Positions 15,106-20,000 of a stretch of DNA of 20,000 nucleotides are shown piece after piece. Source of the stretch: an uncultured virus (IMG/VR IMGVR_UViG_3300009081_000011) (Duplodnaviria > Heunggongvirae > Uroviricota > Caudoviricetes); IMG/VR virus record IMGVR_UViG_3300009081_000011; one strand, given 5' to 3'. The position numbers were made by a program, and so were the translations under genes. The first letter of the stretch is position 1, and each line of letters starts with the position of its first letter. The notes under the pieces are model-generated. The model made no database searches. It was not told the origin of the DNA and worked only from the letters and a program-made list of their open reading frames with translations.

Positions 15106-15483
15106 ATGAAGATCGACATGCGAACGCAAACAGGGATCCGAGATCAAGTGCACGGCGCGATGATGGCGCTCAAGGTGCAGGGGCGGCAGATCTGGGGCAG
15201 CTCGCCGCAGGATGCGACAGACATTGTCGTGCGGCTCATGGTCGGCGTCGGAGATCTGGCGCGTCTCGCTCGCGATCGCGCCCATATGCTCGATCGTGGC
15301 TACCCTGCGGATGTGAACGTCGAAGCTCGAACTGCCGCTCGACAAGAGCTCAAAAAAGAGCTCGGCAACATCATCTTCTCGACCATTCGCTGGATCGACG
15401 ACCTCGGTCTCGACGTCATGGAATGCCTCGACCTAGCGATCGAGGCGCAGGAGAAGTTTGCGAATTCGGGGAGGCCGCGGTGA
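15106..15483 (+). CDS. MazG-like all-alpha NTP pyrophosphohydrolase fold protein with degenerate catalytic motif
   Basis: AGGAG SD; LMVGVGDLAR...LKKELGNII...DLGLDV-x-ECL aligns by eye to L-x-EE-x-GELA...EELAD...GIDL-x-EA. Confidence 0.65.
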   Translation: MKIDMRTQTGIRDQVHGAMMALKVQGRQIWGSSPQDATDIVVRLMVGVGDLARLARDRAHMLDRGYPADVNVEARTAARQELKKELGNIIFSTIRWIDDLGLDVMECLDLAIEAQEKFANSGRPR

Positions 15484-15890
15484 ACGAGACAAACAATCGC
15501 ACGATCTCAGATATGACGCTGGAAGAGCAAATTCGACGTCTGGTCAATCAGCGCAACGAGTTGTGGCGGCTTTTGGATGAGTTCTCTTTCGAGTTTGGCG
15601 GCCACGTGGGAGATGGCGGTTCGTGGATGCGCGACGACGATTATGTTTCACCCGAAGCGAGCGTGGAAGTCGACGGCAACGGCACCGTCATTGTCAAAAT
15701 AAAGAGCAATATGGAGGGGCTCTGCGAGACCAGAAATGCGGCGGAAAAGCTCTGGCACCAAGCTAGAGCGATCGTCGGTAATACCTACGTCGTCGAGGGG
15801 TACAACCCTCATACTGACGAAGCGCTCCCGCAGAACGAACTGCCGAAAGGGTACGAGTTGTACTCCGACACCACCACGAAAGATTGGTGA
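15480..15890 (+). CDS. Hypothetical protein (136 aa)
   Basis: GTGA overlap at 15480 with GGAGG SD; MNETNNRTISDMTLEEQIRRL... The longer ORF-track version overlaps two genes. Confidence 0.7.
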   Translation: MNETNNRTISDMTLEEQIRRLVNQRNELWRLLDEFSFEFGGHVGDGGSWMRDDDYVSPEASVEVDGNGTVIVKIKSNMEGLCETRNAAEKLWHQARAIVGNTYVVEGYNPHTDEALPQNELPKGYELYSDTTTKDW

Positions 15891-16051
15891 TGAACGTCGC
15901 CAGGTTTTCACTTCGTTGTAAAGCAATGGTCAAAATGGATCTTGGATACTTCTTCGAAGCGATGCGCTGCATCCTGAACGGCGACTTCGTCGAGGCGCAG
16001 CGGTACTTGTTTCACAGCGCTTGGACGCCGAGCGACAAGGTGCGCACATGA
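15890..16051 (+). CDS. Small hypothetical protein (53 aa)
   Basis: Below the ORF-track cutoff; MNVARFSLRCKAMVKMDLGYFFEAMRCILNGDFVEAQRYLFHSAWTPSDKVRT; TGATG overlap upstream and ATGA overlap downstream fill the gap exactly. Confidence 0.65.
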   Translation: MNVARFSLRCKAMVKMDLGYFFEAMRCILNGDFVEAQRYLFHSAWTPSDKVRT

Positions 16052-16353
16052 ACGACCGCATCGCTTTCAGTTGGACGCTGCCCATCGTATCGCTTTGCGG
16101 TGTTTTTGCTGCCGGCTTTGGGATCGGGAGCGCAATCGGTCGAGTCCCGGCTCCGCCGACGCTCTCGACCATGGAAGCCGTCATCGATCGCGTGGGCATG
16201 CGTTGGAGTCGCGACGACACGCGGCGCTACTGCACGAGCGCCGGTCACATGAAGCCCTCGTTCGAATCCGCCTTCGTGGACGGGGAAGTGCTTCCGGCGC
16301 GCGACGGCGCCGACGTCGGAACGCTCGTTTGCTACTGGAGGCTCGCGCGATGA
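16048..16353 (+). CDS. Membrane-anchored or secreted hypothetical protein (101 aa)
   Basis: ATGA overlaps; hydrophobic N-terminus WTLPIVSLCGVFAAGFGIGSAIG; a Cys pair in the soluble part. Confidence 0.65.
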   Translation: MNDRIAFSWTLPIVSLCGVFAAGFGIGSAIGRVPAPPTLSTMEAVIDRVGMRWSRDDTRRYCTSAGHMKPSFESAFVDGEVLPARDGADVGTLVCYWRLAR

Positions 16354-16601
16354 ACGACGAAGAACTGAACGATGAAGAACTGATCCGTTACTTCGAGCTT
16401 CACTCACGCATTAAGCGAGCAAAATTCAGTCGAGATCATATCGTGCGGTTGTCAGAGCTCGCCGGACACCCGGCGCAACACCCAGATCGAATACCTCGAC
16501 TCTCGGCCGTGCACGTGCATGTTGTCGACGAATACATCAAGGAAGCTCGATATCGAATGGGTCTGCGAAGTTTTCGCCTGATCCGAGGGGGTAAACGATG
16601 A
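16350..16601 (+). CDS. Hypothetical protein (83 aa)
   Basis: ATGA overlap, GGAGG SD; MNDEELNDEELIRYFELHS... Confidence 0.7.
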   Translation: MNDEELNDEELIRYFELHSRIKRAKFSRDHIVRLSELAGHPAQHPDRIPRLSAVHVHVVDEYIKEARYRMGLRSFRLIRGGKR

Positions 16602-16789
16602 GCCGCATGCGCGACTACTACCAGCGCAAGATCTCGGGCCAGTGCGTCGTCTACGGCTGCACCGAACCTCAGCACGAAACACTCAGGTGTGAAAAGCACC
16701 AGGACGCCAAGAGGCGCGAACAGAAACGTTACAGAGAAAGGCAGAAGCATGACCGCCCCGCTCGTACTTCGTTGGTCGATTCGCAGTAG
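16598..16789 (+). CDS. Small Zn-finger plus basic helix protein
   Basis: ATGA overlap, GAGGGGG SD; CVVYGC...CEKH followed by a basic helix. Confidence 0.7.
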   Translation: MSRMRDYYQRKISGQCVVYGCTEPQHETLRCEKHQDAKRREQKRYRERQKHDRPARTSLVDSQ

Positions 16790-16913
16790 AGACGCCGTGC
16801 ACGCTCTCGAGCGGCTCATCGCGTGGCTCGATCCTTACGGACCTGTTTATCGACGACTGGAGAATCCGCAGAGCGCGGAGTTTGTTCGCGAGGCAGACGT
16901 CGAGCCGTTGTGA
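16749..16913 (+). CDS. Possible small hypothetical protein (54 aa)
   Basis: MTAPLVLRWSIRSRDAVHALERLIAWLDP...; fills the gap but overlaps the upstream gene by 41 nt. Confidence 0.45.
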   Translation: MTAPLVLRWSIRSRDAVHALERLIAWLDPYGPVYRRLENPQSAEFVREADVEPL

Positions 16914-16920
16914 GACTTCG

Positions 16921-17133
16921 ATGTTCGACGACTTCGACGAGAGACTCGCCGAGCAGCTAGAAAAACGCGCCTCGTTGTTGTCGCCCGGGAAAAAGCGGCT
17001 TTATCTCGAGGCGGCGAAGATGTTGCGCGACGGGATCTACACCGCCGGATCGATTGGGATGTGGCTAGAACGCGAGCTCGCTCTTGAGGAGCGTGTCGAG
17101 GCAGCGCGGTGGGCGGCTGTCCCGGATCACTAG
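16921..17133 (+). CDS. Hypothetical protein (70 aa)
   Basis: MFDDFDERLAEQLEKRA...; its stop overlaps the convergent gene's stop in CTAG (17130-17133). Confidence 0.6.
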   Translation: MFDDFDERLAEQLEKRASLLSPGKKRLYLEAAKMLRDGIYTAGSIGMWLERELALEERVEAARWAAVPDH

Positions 17134-18659
17134 GCGAACGCGACCGTCACCGGTGTGATCGGCACGCCCGCTAGTGCGAGCTGCAACGTCTGCGTGAAGA
17201 GGCCGCTCAAAAATTCCGGAGTCGGCACGGTTCCGGGCCCGACCGTGTGCGGCGGGTTCGCGGGCGGCATCGTCACGGCCGGCGCGACGAATTGAGCGAG
17301 CGGGGCTGCGAGCTCGGCGTTGGTTGGGGGCGCCCCGCCGATTGAAGCCGATCGAGCGCCGGTCGGCTTTTGAATAAGCTTGTCGCCGATGTTGCCCTTT
17401 GTGCCGGTGGCGTTGTTCACGGGCGTGTTGTTCAAGCCGGTGTTGTTCGTGTCGATTCCAGTGAAGATCGTCGTGAGTTTCACGATGCGCTCGGTGACGG
17501 CCTCGATCTCGTAGATTGTTCCCGGCTGCACAGCGAATTCGATGCTGTCGCCTCCGATGAGTACGCCCGTTTGATCTTCTGTCGTGAAAACTTCTGTCGA
17601 ATCCGTCGTGACCAAAAAGTCACCCTCGAGCGGAGGCGCCGCTGCCTGCTGCGCTGCGAGCGCGAAGTAACTTGGAGGCAAGTAGACCAGTGGCCGCTCG
17701 ATGAGCAGTTGCGCCTCGTCGGTGAGCGCGACGAACGTATTCGTGAATCCGATCGCTTGGCTCGTGCCTTCGATGATACCGATCCCGGTGCCTGGAATCG
17801 TGTTCGGCGGGATTGCTGGAAGCGCGTCAGAGAGCTCCACGAGCGTGATTTGCCCTACGCTATTTTCGAATGATCCGACGTCGCTGACGACGCACGAGAT
17901 GATCGTGGCTACGTCTATGCCGGCAGGTTCGTCGAACACGAAAGTCGCGGGCCGTTTCCCGGTGAGATCTGCTTCTGCTTCGAACGGGCCTGCGCCTGTC
18001 GAGTCTAGATATTGAACCTCGACCGCTCGCGCACCAGGGCCGGCTGGGATCGCCGGAGACGTTGCGACGCCGTTTGTATCGAGTGGTGAAGACGAGTAGA
18101 CGGCCAAGCGATCCAAAGCAACGGGCGCCGGCACTTCTTTGAACGCGCCGGTGTTCGTCGTTGTACCGGAGTACGCATCCGTGAGTGTGATCATCGTTGG
18201 GGCAACGATCGCAACTTCGTAGAAAGTCGCCTGCGAAAGAAACTGGATCAGATCTCCAACGTTGAGCGACGGAACCTGTGACATCGTCGTCGGCACAGTG
18301 AAGAGCCCGTTCTCGACGAAGAAGGATCCTGGGAGCGTTTTGTTCTCGGTGAGAGGATACGGCGGTTCGATTTCGAGGTCTTCCTTATTGGACTGCGGCC
18401 TTTGACGGCATTCGAAGATCGGAGGTGCCGGATCAGTGCCGTTCGAGTTCATTGCGAGCGTGAGCGTGCGGCTCACTGTCGATCCCGCGATGGCTGTCAC
18501 GTCGCTTTCGACGGTGAGTCCAAAAAGCTGACCGAGCACGGGGTCCGCTTCCGTCTCTCTGTACAGGGGCACGGCTCCGAGCTTGGCTTCGGCCTCGGCA
18601 GGTCCGAAAGAGCTACCGGAAACGTCGACCTCCCACTCGAGAATGATCTGATTCGGCAT
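17130..18659 (-). CDS. Acidic, T/P/G-rich beta protein with two ~60-aa repeats; probable virion structural or surface protein (509 aa)
   Basis: Composition changes sharply at MPNQ (ATG 18659); repeats LPGSFFV...GDLIQF...YEV...ITLTDAYSG and LEGDFLV...GDSIEF...YEI...VKLTTIFTG resemble small beta-barrel modules of tail proteins. Confidence 0.7.
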   Translation of the reverse strand: MPNQIILEWEVDVSGSSFGPAEAEAKLGAVPLYRETEADPVLGQLFGLTVESDVTAIAGSTVSRTLTLAMNSNGTDPAPPIFECRQRPQSNKEDLEIEPPYPLTENKTLPGSFFVENGLFTVPTTMSQVPSLNVGDLIQFLSQATFYEVAIVAPTMITLTDAYSGTTTNTGAFKEVPAPVALDRLAVYSSSPLDTNGVATSPAIPAGPGARAVEVQYLDSTGAGPFEAEADLTGKRPATFVFDEPAGIDVATIISCVVSDVGSFENSVGQITLVELSDALPAIPPNTIPGTGIGIIEGTSQAIGFTNTFVALTDEAQLLIERPLVYLPPSYFALAAQQAAAPPLEGDFLVTTDSTEVFTTEDQTGVLIGGDSIEFAVQPGTIYEIEAVTERIVKLTTIFTGIDTNNTGLNNTPVNNATGTKGNIGDKLIQKPTGARSASIGGAPPTNAELAAPLAQFVAPAVTMPPANPPHTVGPGTVPTPEFLSGLFTQTLQLALAGVPITPVTVAFA

Positions 18660-18665
18660 GCCCTG

Positions 18666-18674
18666 AGAGTACCA
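18666..18674 (-). promoter_or_regulatory. Extended -10 promoter giving a probable leaderless mRNA
   Basis: TGgTACTCT, N6, ATG(18659); no SD present. Confidence 0.55.
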
Positions 18675-18821
18675 GTCGACGAGGTGCGAGGGGTACGTCC
18701 TTACGGTGTGCCTGCTTTGAACCTGCACTGAGCCTGCTCTGTGCCTGGAGAAGAGCCTTGTGTGCGCTCTGAATGCAGCACGGATCACGCGGCGTCGAGA
18801 GCGTTCTGGACGCTGCCGGTG

Positions 18822-18850
18822 TTGTCCGGTATTGGTTAGCTACCGGACAA
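18822..18850. repeat. Palindromic candidate recombinase core site (lox/att-like)
   Basis: ttgtccggta (18822-18831), ttggttagc, taccggacaa (18841-18850); ends 7 bp before the recombinase ATG. Confidence 0.6.
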
Positions 18851-18857
18851 ACGTCGA

Positions 18858-19955
18858 ATGTCTTCCACTGAGGGTGAAAAAGAAGCGGGTGAACTGACCG
18901 TCGAGGTGGTGCCTGCCGGCACCGAGCTCGCCTTGGCCCCGTCCGCGGCCCTCACGGCGGCGCGCCAGCGTGCGGACGAGTACCGGCAGCACACGAAGGC
19001 CAGCGAAACGCAGAGGGGTTACAGGGGCGACTGGGCCCGTTTCCGGGCCTGGGCGACGGCCAGTGGGGCGGTGGCGCTGCCTGCCACCCCCGAGACCGTC
19101 TCGCTGCACCTTGTGTGGCTCGCCGATAGGGGCCTCAGCGTGGGGAGCATGGAGCGGTTTCTGACGTCGGCACGCCACTACCATCGAGCGGCCGGTCTCG
19201 ACTTCCCTCGAAACGCCTTTGTCGTTTCCGAGACCCTCAAGGGGATCCGACGCCGCGTGGGAGTGAAGCGCACCAAGAGGGCCCCTCTCGGGCTCAGGGC
19301 TCTTTCAGAGGCGTGCGAGCGTGCCCAGCGGGAGGCCGAACACTGCGGCAAGCCGGACGTCGGTCTGCAACAGCGCGCAATGCTCACCGTCGGGTGGTGG
19401 TGCATGCTCAGAAGTGCCAACTTGGTGGCCATCCGACGCGAGCACGTGCGGCTCGTGCGAGTCGAGGATGACGAGTGGGTCGACGATAACGACCAACCGA
19501 ACGGGCTCATCCTGCACTTGCCGGGCAGCAAGACAGATCAACTCAAGGCCGGACGTGAGGTTGCGGTTCACGCGCAGGCGGACGAGTCGGTGTGCCCCGT
19601 GCGAGCACTCGCTGCGCACTTCGATGCCAGCCGGTTTGCGGCCGAAGATCTCATCTTTCCTGTGAGCTCGCGCACGGTGTCGCGGCTCATTAAGCGTTTG
19701 GCTGCGAATCCGGCCCACGGGCACAAGACGATGCGTGAGATCGCCGCGTGTGAAGCGTGCGCAATGGCCGGGCGTCGGTTCGCGAGCCACAGCCTGCGTC
19801 GAGGTTCGGCTACCAAACTTGCGCGCGAAGGCGTTCCGGATCGTGAGATCATGCGCCAGGGCGGCTGGAAGAGCGAGAAGGTGATGCGCGGCTACATCGA
19901 AGACGCGACGCTCTTCGAGAACAACCCGACGAAGGGGTTCACGGGAAAAACATGA
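18858..19955 (+). CDS. Cre-like tyrosine recombinase/integrase (365 aa)
   Basis: SAM-like N-domain (T-x-RGY-x2-DW-x2-F-x2-W...LPA-x-PETV); catalytic R185, K225 (SKTDQ), H311-x2-R314, W337, Y346. Confidence 0.92.
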   Translation: MSSTEGEKEAGELTVEVVPAGTELALAPSAALTAARQRADEYRQHTKASETQRGYRGDWARFRAWATASGAVALPATPETVSLHLVWLADRGLSVGSMERFLTSARHYHRAAGLDFPRNAFVVSETLKGIRRRVGVKRTKRAPLGLRALSEACERAQREAEHCGKPDVGLQQRAMLTVGWWCMLRSANLVAIRREHVRLVRVEDDEWVDDNDQPNGLILHLPGSKTDQLKAGREVAVHAQADESVCPVRALAAHFDASRFAAEDLIFPVSSRTVSRLIKRLAANPAHGHKTMREIAACEACAMAGRRFASHSLRRGSATKLAREGVPDREIMRQGGWKSEKVMRGYIEDATLFENNPTKGFTGKT

Positions 19956-20000
19956 ACTTGCTCTCCAATCTCGTGACCGACATTCGGATCACCCTCGCGA
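19952..20000 (+). CDS. 5' fragment of a downstream ORF (MNLLSNLVTDIRITLA...)
   Basis: ATGA overlap with the recombinase stop; open to the window edge. Confidence 0.5.
   Translation, partial: MNLLSNLVTDIRITLA

Noticed and set aside
15078..15479. N-terminal extension making a 270-aa overlapping gene
   Set aside because: It overlaps the MazG-like gene out of frame; a GGAGG SD and GTGA coupling support the start at 15480.
18660..18788. N-terminal 43 aa of the 552-aa ORF
   Set aside because: Arg/His-rich and unlike the acidic remainder; an extended -10 element points to ATG 18659.

Overview
GC-rich phage or prophage DNA-replication and early region. CG and TCGA look abundant by eye, so a Myxococcota-like host is a guess only. 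The leftward, tightly coupled operon (about 8872 to <1) encodes a Cas4/AddB-like PD-(D/E)XK nuclease, a 52-aa ORF, a SNF2-like helicase, an SSB-like protein, a family A DNA polymerase, a RuvC-like resolvase, a small HTH protein, several small Zn-binding or hypothetical proteins and an NDT-fold protein that runs off the edge. Divergently there is a Prim-Pol primase fused to a P-loop domain, followed by an iteron-bearing inverted repeat and AT-rich tract (candidate origin). Next comes a rightward operon with DUF6011, a Dda/RecD-like helicase, a DUF1599/Nmad1-like protein, a degenerate MazG-like protein and many small ORFs. A lone leftward virion-like gene and a Cre-like tyrosine recombinase preceded by a lox/att-like palindrome end the window. 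Most notable are non-canonical catalytic motifs in several replisome or nucleotide enzymes (PolA motif B Tyr->Gly and motif C HDQ, Walker A Lys->Ala, MazG without its acidic pair) and strong stems in front of three replication genes. All family calls come from motif recognition by eye, not database searches.
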